This document shows positions 22,389 through 31,941 of a DNA stretch of 64,000 nt, piece after piece. The notes beneath the pieces are model-generated. The model did not search any database, was not told the DNA's origin, and saw only the letters and a program-made list of their open reading frames with translations. Source of the stretch: a virus; IMG/VR virus record IMGVR_UViG_3300025949_000016; one strand, 5' to 3'. The number at the start of each line of letters is the position of its first letter. Position 1 is the first letter of the stretch. The position numbers and the translations under genes are program-made.

Positions 22389-22835
22389 TTGATACAGAGG
22401 AAGAAAAAAGAATGTAAAGGTTGCAAATTACCTAAATTTATATTTAGTAAAGGTTTATGTCACTCTTGCTGGGGTAAAGAGTACAAAAAGCTAATAAAAA
22501 AAGAACCAAAAGCTTGGAAAAAAGAGAGAAAGCGATTTGGAAAAGAATGTAAAAATCGTAAAACGGAGTATAAAAAAGCTAGACTTGAATTTCTAGAAAC
22601 TCATGACGTGTGTCAAGTAAATTTACCTGGATGTTTAGTACCCTATCCCATAGACGATAAATCAGCACTCCAAGTCCATCATATGGCCGGGAGAGAAGGT
22701 GACCTTCTATTTGATAAAAGTAAATTTTTATGTGTTTGTAATAACTGCCATAGGTGGATAACAGATCATAGTAGAGAAGCAATAGAAAATGGATGGAGTT
22801 TAAGCAGACATTCAAAGAATGGAGATAAACAATAA
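22389..22835 (+). CDS. Zn-binding HNH-type nuclease
   Basis: CxxC pairs, CQVNLPGC, QVHH, CVCNNCH. Confidence 0.7.
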   Translation: MIQRKKKECKGCKLPKFIFSKGLCHSCWGKEYKKLIKKEPKAWKKERKRFGKECKNRKTEYKKARLEFLETHDVCQVNLPGCLVPYPIDDKSALQVHHMAGREGDLLFDKSKFLCVCNNCHRWITDHSREAIENGWSLSRHSKNGDKQ

Positions 22836-23388
22836 ATATTATTTATACTGCCACTTGTGTAATCAAGAGCCTTTTTATATTGGTGTTGGTACTAAATATA
22901 AAGGAGAAGGTGATTATAATAGAGCTTATTCAATCCTAAAATCTAAAAGAAATAAGCAATGGTGGTATATTTATTCTAATTGTGAAGATTTTGAAGTTGA
23001 AATATGGGAAGAAACTAATTCTAAGGATATAATTTCTTTTTATGAGAAAGCTTATATTTGGGAGTTAGGTAGAAAACATATATACGCTGATGGACGTTTA
23101 GTTAACGTTCAACCTGGAGGATATAAAACAAAATTCTCATATAGTAAATTCGCAAAATATGATCAGGAAGGAAATTTATTGAAGATTTATAACGATATTC
23201 ATGATGCTGCTAATTCTGTTAATGTATCTATAAAATCAATCTATGGAGCTATAAAAAGAAATCATTTATCAGGAGGTTATCTTTGGAGAAAATGGGATGG
23301 AAAAGAAAAACTGCCGGTGGATTCAAGTGGTCCTACCAAGAATAGATTAAAATTTTCTCATAAAACAGAAAGAACCATTGTACCCTAG
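22819..23388 (+). CDS. GIY-YIG-like homing endonuclease with NUMOD1-type C-terminus
   Basis: YYLYCH..PFYIGVG, E..YI, LVN..PGG; KYDQEGNLLKIY..IHDAA...GGYLW. Confidence 0.75.
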   Translation: MEINNKYYLYCHLCNQEPFYIGVGTKYKGEGDYNRAYSILKSKRNKQWWYIYSNCEDFEVEIWEETNSKDIISFYEKAYIWELGRKHIYADGRLVNVQPGGYKTKFSYSKFAKYDQEGNLLKIYNDIHDAANSVNVSIKSIYGAIKRNHLSGGYLWRKWDGKEKLPVDSSGPTKNRLKFSHKTERTIVP

Positions 23389-23406
23389 TTTCTACTAGGG
23401 TTTTTT
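23382..23406 (+). terminator. Intrinsic terminator
   Basis: ACCCTAGT/ACTAGGGT plus T run. Confidence 0.75.
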
Positions 23407-23736
23407 ATTTAAATCTAAAATCAAATAAAATGTCTAAGAAAAGAGAATTCAAAATTGAAAAAGTTACACGCACCGAAATGGTTAAAAAAATCCATGAAGT
23501 AGGTGGTAGAATTTTTAGCTCTGTACATATTGGTAAAGATAAAAAGCCTCACTATATTGCAGGTAAAAGACTAGCAGTACAAGATAATCCATTAGGATAT
23601 ATACAAGTACATTCTATGCAAAAGGGTGAACCACGGCTTATTAACCCTCAAACTGTTACGGATTTAAAGTTTAATGGTGTTCATTATAAATTGAAGAAAT
23701 AATTAAATAAAACGTTAACAAGAACGATATCTTGTT

Positions 23737-23855
23737 TGCTTAAATAGTTACATTGTATATCAACCTCGCCAGAGACTAGACATCCGGAGTCAAGGGTGCA
23801 AATCCCGTGTGGCCAACTCAAGAAAGGCTATGGAGGTAAATTGGTAACTAAAGCA
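23737..23855 (+). ncRNA. Putative structured RNA with a T-loop-like hairpin
   Basis: Nested TAGTTAC/GTAACTA, ACCTC/GAGGT, GCCA/TGGC, GACT/AGTC and GGG-TGCAAAT-CCC. Confidence 0.5.
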
Positions 23856-23892
23856 TAATGTCTATACGAATTAATTTATTTATAAATAAAAC

Positions 23893-23967
23893 GGAGTATT
23901 GGATATGCTGGCGAAAACGCGTGCCCTTGAGGTGCAGAAAGGTGGGTTCGATCCCCATAGTACTCCC
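23893..23967 (+). ncRNA. tRNA-like RNA (atypical or pseudo-tRNA)
   Basis: 8-bp GGAGTATT/AGTACTCC stem and canonical T-arm GTGGG-TTCGATC-CCCAT; D and anticodon arms irregular (possible TGA in a weak stem). Confidence 0.6.
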
Positions 23968-23977
23968 AAAATAGGAA

Positions 23978-24100
23978 AGGGGGAGGATAGCTTCATTACG
24001 TAGAAGACACTGATCAGTCTGAAATCTTCGAGACAATTGGAGCTGGTTAATGGCGCTATAAACCCAGGGAAAACTCGGCAGTAATGAATGTCCCTCCCCT
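23978..24100 (+). ncRNA. Putative structured ncRNA
   Basis: Closing GGGGAGG/CCTCCCC and TTCATTAC/GTAATGAA helices; internal D-loop-like AGCTGGTTAA. Confidence 0.6.
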
Positions 24101-24642
24101 ATAACTATTAATTTAAAATTTAATATATGAAAATAGAACCACTAGGTGTATTTGCTTTTTTACTTTGCTTTAGTTATGCAATAATGTTCTTCTCAGAAGG
24201 AAAAACAGAGGTAGGAATTTTAGAACTTCTTTTAGCACTTATTCAAATACCATTTATATTTAAATAATATGTCAAGAAAAATAATAGGATTCAAACTTAT
24301 TAAAGAGTATCCTAGCAGTGGTCCTATAGGCATGGAGTTAAGAACTAAATCCAAAAACCCCGATCTTAAAGATTACTGGTTTAATAAAAGCCATGGTAAC
24401 AATGAAAGTATAATGTTAAATTTTCCAGAATTCTGGGAGCCTATTTATGAAGATAAAATTGATCTAAATAACCTTTATAAAGAATTGTGGGATAGAAATA
24501 CTCATAGATTAGGGCCTATAGATATAAGTATTTTAGCAATGAAGGAAGCCTGTAGACAAACCTTAGAATTAGTTATTAATTCTATACATACTGAAGATAC
24601 TTTTAATAAAGAATATATAAGAAACCTTATAAATAAAATAAA

Positions 24643-25014
24643 ATGGTAAATATTTATGTAATTTTATCCATTCTCTTCTTTCATTGGTTATTTGATTTTG
24701 TATTTCAAACAGATAGTCAAGCTAAAGGTAAAAGTAAAGAATGGGGATATTTATTAGAACATACAGGTATTTACTCTATATGCTGGTTTGTACCTTTAAT
24801 TACATATCTAATTATTTTCCCATATGCTCCTGATACTATTGAATTTTTCATTCCAATAACGTTTATCTGTCATACAGCAACAGATTATTACACATCAAGA
24901 GTAAATAGTCAATTATTGGATAGTGAAAATACCCATGGATTCTTTGTTAGTGTAGGATTTGATCAATTTTTACATTTTGTACAACTTTTATTAACCTTTT
25001 ATTTATTAACATGA
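24643..25014 (+). CDS. DUF3307-family membrane protein
   Basis: HWLFDFVFQ, EHTGIY, HTATDY, GFDQFLH. Confidence 0.8.
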   Translation: MVNIYVILSILFFHWLFDFVFQTDSQAKGKSKEWGYLLEHTGIYSICWFVPLITYLIIFPYAPDTIEFFIPITFICHTATDYYTSRVNSQLLDSENTHGFFVSVGFDQFLHFVQLLLTFYLLT

Positions 25015-25590
25015 ATAGAGAATATTACAGAATTTGCTTTAATATTATTCCAGAAGGATGTAGACCAATAACATTTACTGTAGCTATAAGTGAACCTTTT
25101 GAACAGTTTGTTAAAAGAAATAAAACAAAGTATAGAACTATTCAAGTTATGCTCATATGCTCATGTTCTAAAGAAGAATATCAATTATACAAAAGATTTA
25201 ATCCTACGGACGATGGATGTTACGCAAAGTTATTAAAAGAAGATTATAGAAAAATCTAATATATGAAAGAAATAATTCTTTCGGAAGAACAAATAGATAA
25301 GCTTACTGAAATGGTAAGAACACTATTTAGTGATTATGCAGAAAATGCTATTGATGAGAAAGGTAATTATGTTTATTTAGCTAACAGTATTAATTTAGAA
25401 AAACACGTTATCTCCGGCACTTACTTTGTTACCTTTAATAGAGATGGTGGTACTGAAAGAATTCATTGGTTGGAATTTTGTATATTTTACCTACAACCCA
25501 AACTAAAATATTATATGTCTACTTATACTATTAAATCAATAGGAGGCAAATATATAGAATTATTATATGATCATTTTAAATTAATTCACC

Positions 25591-26091
25591 ATGCCAATAG
25601 TTAGTGAAATACGTGGAGATTTAATAGCTCAAGCAAAAATGGCAAGATTTGAAGTAATTGGGCATTGCTGTAATTGCTTTTGCAAGCAACGCAAGGGAAT
25701 AGCTTCCTCTATGGCTACTTACTTTCAAACCAATGATCCAAAAGAATATATTTTAGAAGATGATATGTTTGAAGGAGATATAGATAAGTTAGGAAGAATT
25801 GAAGGCCATATAAGAAAAACCGATGATACTAATAAAAACGTTTGGGTATATAATATGTACGCACAGTATCATTGGAAACATCCTAGTCCTTATGCAATAC
25901 CTTTGGATTATGATGCCCTTAGACTTTGCTTACGTAAGTTAAACTATGAAAATAAAGAAAGGACGATTGGTCTGCCGCGCATAGGTGCTGGACTTGCAGG
26001 TGGGGATTGGACTATTATACGTCAAATAATAGAGGAAGAAATGGTTGATTGTGAAGTAACTATTGTTGAATTTGAAAATCCACCCTTTTGA
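25591..26091 (+). CDS. Macrodomain (ADP-ribose binding/hydrolase) protein
   Basis: GDL, HCCNCF..KGIA, PRIGAGLAGGDW. Confidence 0.9.
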   Translation: MPIVSEIRGDLIAQAKMARFEVIGHCCNCFCKQRKGIASSMATYFQTNDPKEYILEDDMFEGDIDKLGRIEGHIRKTDDTNKNVWVYNMYAQYHWKHPSPYAIPLDYDALRLCLRKLNYENKERTIGLPRIGAGLAGGDWTIIRQIIEEEMVDCEVTIVEFENPPF

Positions 26092-26305
26092 TTATGGAAT
26101 GGAATGATTTAACAAGATTAGAAAAATTCCTTTTACGTTGGGGGACAAAGTCTCCTGACAGAAAGTATATAGAAGAAAGCAGACTTGCTATGAATACACT
26201 TGCAAGTTATGGTTTGGTAAGACCTGGAGGTAATCTTCAATATGAACTAACTCCAGCAGGAGAAGATTTATTAAAAAGTATTTATTAATAATTAAATATA
26301 CCAGC

Positions 26306-27127
26306 ATGTTAAAAGTAAATTTAGAAAAAGAAGTTCGCCGCCAAGCTGCGGAAACTAAGACTAATTTGAACCCTGAGAATGTTGATTTAAAAGAAATCAA
26401 AGGACTTTTGGAATATAAAAGTCTAGAAGATTCTTTTATTTTAAATAACTTAGGTATTAACTCACTCAATGCTCAAATTCAAGAAGATAAGGGTAAACTC
26501 CTTATTATGGAAAAGATTGAAAAAGCAACCAATCTTACTGTTGTTCACGTAAACGATATTCAAAAACTATGTGAAAAGTATAGACTGCGTTTTTTACCTA
26601 TCAATCGTTATAAAGGAATTATCCCTACAGATATTACCACTAATATCAAAGCATTAGAGGAGTCTAAAAGAGAAAATCATGCTAATTTTACTAAGTTTGA
26701 TCAATATCAATTAAAGAACGAATTCTTTATCTTAGCTCCTGTTAAAATGTTTAAATTAGACGAAAAAGTAGTAGTACAGAAAGAGAGTAGGATTGGTAGA
26801 GCTATAAGAGACTTCTGGGCTTATTGGAATGATCCTATTTTGTTCTATAAAGAGGATGATCAACATTATGTGATTGTAAGAAAATGGGGTAGTGATTTTA
26901 CTATTTTTAGAAGAATCTTAGGTTTGATTACTAAAAATCAGGTAAATTATTTCATTTCTTTACTAATAGCTGCAGTTATTTTAATTGGAGCTACTTTCTT
27001 TATTACACATAATACAGACTTTCTATTGTATACAAGTCTTTTTTGCTTGAGTATAGTTGCTTTTTTTGGAAAGTTAGAAGATGATAATTTCTTTACTAAG
27101 AATAACTGGTGTTCTCAATATAAGTAG
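26306..27127 (+). CDS. Hypothetical membrane-anchored protein
   Basis: 273 aa; KYRLRFL, DPILF, KWGSDF motifs; two C-terminal TM segments. Confidence 0.75.
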   Translation: MLKVNLEKEVRRQAAETKTNLNPENVDLKEIKGLLEYKSLEDSFILNNLGINSLNAQIQEDKGKLLIMEKIEKATNLTVVHVNDIQKLCEKYRLRFLPINRYKGIIPTDITTNIKALEESKRENHANFTKFDQYQLKNEFFILAPVKMFKLDEKVVVQKESRIGRAIRDFWAYWNDPILFYKEDDQHYVIVRKWGSDFTIFRRILGLITKNQVNYFISLLIAAVILIGATFFITHNTDFLLYTSLFCLSIVAFFGKLEDDNFFTKNNWCSQYK

Positions 27128-27128
27128 T

Positions 27129-27212
27129 AGGAAAGTTAACCACCAGAGTTAACAGTGCTATCCCCCTCCATCAGGTAAGCACAAGATTGGTTCGACTCCA
27201 ATCATTTTTTTT
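27129..27212 (+). ncRNA. tRNA-like RNA with enlarged anticodon loop and weak acceptor
   Basis: GTTAAC/GTTAAC arm, GTGCT-18nt-AGCAC arm, T-arm GATTGG-TTCGACT-CCAATC. Confidence 0.5.
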
Positions 27213-27260
27213 CATCCAAGGGCCTTAGGACCAGCATGTTCTAGGGCTCTTATTTATATC

Positions 27261-27332
27261 ACCATCCTAGTTTAACGAGGCAAAACAATGGTGGGTGCAT
27301 CAGAGATTACGGTTCAAATCCGTGGGTTGGTG
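27261..27332 (+). ncRNA. tRNA-like RNA with shortened anticodon loop
   Basis: Acceptor ACCATCC/GGTTGGT (one mismatch), D-stem GTTT/AAAC, TGGTG-ggtg-CATCA, T-arm TACGG-TTCAAAT-CCGTG. Confidence 0.7.
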
Positions 27333-27340
27333 CAAATAAA

Positions 27341-27372
27341 TTTGGTAAATTGAGAATTTATTTGTATCTTTA
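27341..27372 (+). promoter_or_regulatory. Bacteroidota-type promoter
   Basis: TTTG-N20-TATCTTTA. Confidence 0.6.
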
Positions 27373-27375
27373 AGT

Positions 27376-27789
27376 ATGAAAATTTACGGTAAATTCGATA
27401 AAAACGGTAAAATAGTTATAAGTAACCCGGTTCAATATGAAAATTGGGTTAAAAACCAAAATCCAGGAGATGATGTTTTAATTGAATATCAATTGTTAAA
27501 GGATAGAAAAACGCTACAACAATTGAAACTCATTCATCATTGTCTAAGAGAAATTAGCTCTGTCACTGGATACACTGTAGATGAAGTAAAGATCCTAATG
27601 AAAATGAAGTACGGAATTTGCTTTATTTATAAGATCGATAATAAGGATGTGACTCATTGTAAATCGTTAGGAGATCTTTCCAAAAAGGAATTAAGTAACT
27701 TTATAATATGGATAAATGATTGGGCGGGTGAAAACCTGAATTTAAAGCTCCTGTCTTATGACGACATTCAATTCATTAAAGAAATATAA
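27376..27789 (+). CDS. NinB/Orf-like recombination accessory protein
   Basis: KTLQQLK..H..L.EIS..TGY..DEVK...K; SLGDLSKKELSNFI. Confidence 0.55.
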   Translation: MKIYGKFDKNGKIVISNPVQYENWVKNQNPGDDVLIEYQLLKDRKTLQQLKLIHHCLREISSVTGYTVDEVKILMKMKYGICFIYKIDNKDVTHCKSLGDLSKKELSNFIIWINDWAGENLNLKLLSYDDIQFIKEI

Positions 27790-27791
27790 AT

Positions 27792-28658
27792 ATGCCATTT
27801 AAAAAAAGCGACGAAGGAAGATATATTAAAATAAAAGATAACAATAAAGCAATTTGGTTAGCTACAGGTGAAAGGTATAAAATAATGAACGTTATAACTA
27901 AATCGGTAGTCAAATTGGATGATGGATATCATGGTAATTGGAATAGTGGAGGTGATGAAAATTATCAATTTATTGATGAAATAAATAGAGTAGAAGTAGG
28001 TGATGAAGTATTAATTGAGAAAGATACACAAAGTATAAAAGGTGGTACCATTAAAAAAGTAACAGGTTTTTTACATGACGATAAAAATAAGATAATCGTA
28101 GAAGGTTTATTACCTGCCGGGTGGATAGATATTAATAAGGTAATCAAATTAATGAATCCTAAAGATTATCGGTTAAAAACCCTTCTTGAATTTATTAAAA
28201 GTTTTGGAATAGATTTTTATCAAATATTGGGTATAGGTAATAAAAATATAGGAGAAATACAATATGGCAGACCTTTAGATACATTACCTATTACAAGACA
28301 AAAATTTTCTTTAGTTTATACCATAAAAAATCTTACTATTTATTTAAACGAGGATTTCTTAGAACCTGTGGGTAAAGAACCAGAAGATTTAGATCTTTAT
28401 ATTATTTCCAAAGTAGATATGAGAAGAATAGTCTCAGAAGATAATGAATATTATAAAGGTTTTGTTGAACACGCAGGTAAAAAACTATCTGAATTAAAAG
28501 AAATTAAATCAGAAAATGAATTAATTAAAACATTAACAACCCTTTATACAGGATTTGTAAATATAAGAGGTAACAATTTACCAAGAGCTTTTTTACAAGT
28601 AAGAAAAAATGAAAATAATGAAAAAATTCCAATACCTAATCCTAGTCTCCCTTTTTAG
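27792..28658 (+). CDS. Hypothetical protein ending in SLPF
   Basis: 288-aa ORF. Confidence 0.75.
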   Translation: MPFKKSDEGRYIKIKDNNKAIWLATGERYKIMNVITKSVVKLDDGYHGNWNSGGDENYQFIDEINRVEVGDEVLIEKDTQSIKGGTIKKVTGFLHDDKNKIIVEGLLPAGWIDINKVIKLMNPKDYRLKTLLEFIKSFGIDFYQILGIGNKNIGEIQYGRPLDTLPITRQKFSLVYTIKNLTIYLNEDFLEPVGKEPEDLDLYIISKVDMRRIVSEDNEYYKGFVEHAGKKLSELKEIKSENELIKTLTTLYTGFVNIRGNNLPRAFLQVRKNENNEKIPIPNPSLPF

Positions 28659-29229
28659 TACACTGGTATCGGGCTGCATCACGGTATCAAGAGTTCAAAA
28701 AAAAGATGCGAGGAATAATCAATTTTCAAACCAGCTCCAAAATTGGTTTTACATTGCACATCCGCAAAAAATAGATAGTGGAATAAAAGTAATAAGCGAT
28801 ACTACGTATGACACATTATATCATCATTTAGATTCATTACCATTAGGAGAAAATAACTACTTTTGGCACAATGAAGGTAGAAAAGAATGGGTAGATTCTC
28901 TATCAAAATTAATTGATACAAGCAGAATTACAGATATTGGATCTATAGATCTTTCTGGGGATATTATTTCAAGTGGATATTGGGTATCACCACCCATTTA
29001 TATAACAAGAACCATTCATGATTCTATTATTATAAATAAAGTAGACGTGAGTCAGTTAAATGCTTATAAGAACTCATTACAGACCTCTAGAGACTCTTTA
29101 AATAATTACATGATAAAATATGCTAATAAAGATTCACAGAGTTCTAAGAGGTTATTATGGGTTATAATACTATCCGTGGCTTTAGGATTATCTGGATTCT
29201 TTAACATTAGGAATACATTTAAAATATGA
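28618..29229 (+). CDS. Lipoprotein with C-terminal TM helix; candidate unimolecular spanin
   Basis: Lipobox LVSG/C, coiled-coil-like segment, C-terminal hydrophobic helix; about 1.2 kb from the endolysin. Confidence 0.5.
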   Translation: MKKFQYLILVSLFSTLVSGCITVSRVQKKDARNNQFSNQLQNWFYIAHPQKIDSGIKVISDTTYDTLYHHLDSLPLGENNYFWHNEGRKEWVDSLSKLIDTSRITDIGSIDLSGDIISSGYWVSPPIYITRTIHDSIIINKVDVSQLNAYKNSLQTSRDSLNNYMIKYANKDSQSSKRLLWVIILSVALGLSGFFNIRNTFKI

Positions 29230-29787
29230 CACTAATTATAATAGTAGTCTTACTTATATTATTATATAATATGGGTTGGAACAAAAAATAGATTATGACA
29301 ATGACACCTAATCAAAGAGCTAAGTTATTTTTAGGGTTAGCTAAAGACGATAAGGGCAACCTCATACCAGCTACTTTTAGTACTCCTAAAGATTCTATAA
29401 ATGCTTGTAATGAGATTATAAAGATATTTGATGATCAACTACCTCCTTTAACATCCGATTATTGGAGAAAAGTTAAAGAAGAAATAATTAAAATTGTATG
29501 ATATGTGGAACGACGGAGATTTATGGGAAGATGAAGAAGATATGTCATTTAGTAGTGTCTTAAGAAGGCATTTAGAAGAAAATAATAAAGATACCAATAT
29601 TGGTAATAGTAAAATAAAACGTAAAAGTATGAAAAGTAAACCTGGAAATGCAAAACCTTCAGGAAATGGAGTAGCTAAGGGAGGAAATCCTCAGTCACCA
29701 ACGGACGGAGGTTCTCGTAAAGTTAAGAAAGGTGGTTATAAAAAGGGTGGAAGCACCAAGAAGTAATTAACACCTATTAAGAAACAC

Positions 29788-29818
29788 AAAAGGACTATCT
29801 TAACTGGTAGTCCTTTTT
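29788..29818. terminator. Bidirectional terminator-like hairpin
   Basis: AAAAGGACTA/TAGTCCTTTT near the convergence of the + and - modules. Confidence 0.7.
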
Positions 29819-30381
29819 AATTTAAATTTATGATATTATTTTTAATTATATATTTTCCTGGATGCGTACTATCTTATTTAATAGGAAGAAAATTCTTAAA
29901 GAAAGATAGTATATATATGCTATCCGATAGAAAATTCAATCTATTAATGTCATTATTTAGCTGGATATCACTTATTGCTATATTTCTAGTTTGGGGAATA
30001 GAAACAAAAAACGATAGGCCCGTAAAATGGTAATTTTATGAAATATATTATATTTGTTTTATTAGTTTTTTTTAATTCCTTTGCAAGTAAAGGACAGTAT
30101 TATAAAGATAATAAGTGGTCAAATTATAAAATAGATCAATATTATTTAGACTATAATTCGTTTTATGAAATGCATGACAGTGCTGTAAAGTATTCTGATT
30201 TATACCTTTGCTCTTGGAATTGCAGTAAGTTTGATTCTTGTTATTACTATAAAGGAAGAGCTGCTTATTTTATAAATCAATCAGAATATTATTGCTGTTT
30301 ATTATATGGAGTAGATTCCGTTATATCTAAATTATACTATAAACCAGGGGAAATACGTAAAAAGATTGAATGTAGATGTAA

Positions 30382-30909
30382 TTAAGCTTCATTAGTAGAT
30401 AATTTACCAGTACTATTAAGAATAATCTTTCTTATATTGATAGGTTCCACTTCATAAGGTGGTCTTTGAATAGAATAAATTCTAGATTTAGCTATTCTTT
30501 CTATATTTACTTGATCAGATTGATTACCTCCTAAGCAATGATACGCTTGATCATCCTCGCCAATATATAAGGTTACGTGACCTCCTCCTGTTCTTTTAAA
30601 TACTAAAACATCTCCTAATTTAGCTTCATCTACTTTAGTACCAAATTTAACCCAATTTAATGCACTTAGTAAAAGGTTTGGATTAAAAGGATGATCAGCT
30701 CTTTTAGCTATTATTCCCATAAATAATCCACACCAAGGTATAGAGTCATGTGTATACCAATTTATACCTAGTTCTTTAGCCCATGATAAAATAATGGGAT
30801 TATCTGATGTCCCGGGAGTTTCATGCGTACCATAGAGTTTTAATGCTTCTAAAAGCATTTTAGGACCTGATTCTTGTAATAACCATTTATATTGATCTTG
30901 AATTTCCAT
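30382..30909 (-). CDS. Endolysin, TIGR02594 (NlpC/P60-CHAP-like) family
   Basis: PWCGLF, GDVLVF.R.GGGHV, LGGNQSD.V. Confidence 0.85.
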   Translation of the reverse strand: MEIQDQYKWLLQESGPKMLLEALKLYGTHETPGTSDNPIILSWAKELGINWYTHDSIPWCGLFMGIIAKRADHPFNPNLLLSALNWVKFGTKVDEAKLGDVLVFKRTGGGHVTLYIGEDDQAYHCLGGNQSDQVNIERIAKSRIYSIQRPPYEVEPINIRKIILNSTGKLSTNEA

Positions 30910-31072
30910 AAAAAATAATCCATGAAAGTTTTATATTTTATATTAGGTTTATTAATTGTATTTACTGGAATAACATGTAGTATTATGATGATAACTGATT
31001 ACAGTCTTCATAAAGTTCTCAGTTTACTTAAAGAAGTATTACTTCCATTTAGTATCGTGCTTTTTACTGTTA

Positions 31073-31474
31073 TTATTGGATCTTTAGTGATAGCATTACC
31101 AATGATAACAGACTTAAACAAAAAGCAATAATATTAACCCATTTAGTTGACTTTAATCCTAGTTTTACCATTAGTCTATCTGTAATAGCTTTACTTGTTT
31201 TACTAAGGTTAAATATAGGTAGTTTACTATAAATATTATACATTACTGGAAAAACTGAGATATGAAGTAATGATAAACTAAATAACTCAGTATAACTTTT
31301 CAAAAGGAAGCAGGGTATGGCACATAAAATACCATACCCTAAACCATACCAAAAATGTTCTATTTGTTTTGAATTTTTATTTGCAATACGCTTCCTTCTC
31401 GTTATATCATTTGATTTAGCTATAACGATATTTAATATAACAAATATTATCCAAACTATTAGTCTAGAAACCAA
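31073..31474 (-). CDS. Membrane protein in the lysis region
   Basis: Several TM helices. Confidence 0.65.
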   Translation of the reverse strand: MVSRLIVWIIFVILNIVIAKSNDITRRKRIANKNSKQIEHFWYGLGYGILCAIPCFLLKSYTELFSLSLLHISVFPVMYNIYSKLPIFNLSKTSKAITDRLMVKLGLKSTKWVNIIAFCLSLLSLVMLSLKIQ

Positions 31475-31742
31475 TGTATACGCCTCGTGCTGCTTGTTCC
31501 TTAGTGGTATTTTCTCTTACATTAGTGGGATTCTTAAATATTGCCCCTGCTAAAAGTAAAATAAATATAACCACCCAAAATAGCTTTACTCCATCTAAAT
31601 CTTTATCTTCTTTTACTGCTACTTTTTCAATAGCAATAAGACCACAGATAAGAGCTACTATAAAAGCTCCTATCCATATCCAATAAGATGGAAAAGAAGC
31701 GCAATATCTAAAGGCTTCTCCTAAAGAAATGTTTTCATTCAT
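31464..31742 (-). CDS. Membrane protein in the lysis region
   Basis: Two TM helices; likely start is ATG 31742. Confidence 0.65.
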   Translation of the reverse strand: MNENISLGEAFRYCASFPSYWIWIGAFIVALICGLIAIEKVAVKEDKDLDGVKLFWVVIFILLLAGAIFKNPTNVRENTTKEQAARGVYIGF

Positions 31743-31746
31743 AGTT

Positions 31747-31905
31747 TTACTGTTTCTTAGCATCTGATGCGGCCACACCTGTACCAAAACTACCTATAGC
31801 AGATAAAACGAGACCTACTACGTGTAAGATAGGATTAGTCTGAGCAGTAAGATAAACACCAAGGGCTGCTATAGCACCAAACACTGTTGTTTTCCAATTT
31901 AACAT
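31747..31905 (-). CDS. Small holin-like protein (52 aa, not in the ORF track)
   Basis: MLNWKTTVFGAIAALGVYL...GLVLSAIGSFGTGVAASDAKKQ; two TM segments, charged tail, upstream of the endolysin. Confidence 0.6.
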   Translation of the reverse strand: MLNWKTTVFGAIAALGVYLTAQTNPILHVVGLVLSAIGSFGTGVAASDAKKQ

Positions 31906-31941
31906 AATTTTAATTTTTATTGTGATTTAATTTTTAATTTA

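Noticed and set aside
23893-23967. Selenocysteine tRNA (8-bp acceptor)
   Set aside because: No TCA anticodon and no long variable arm
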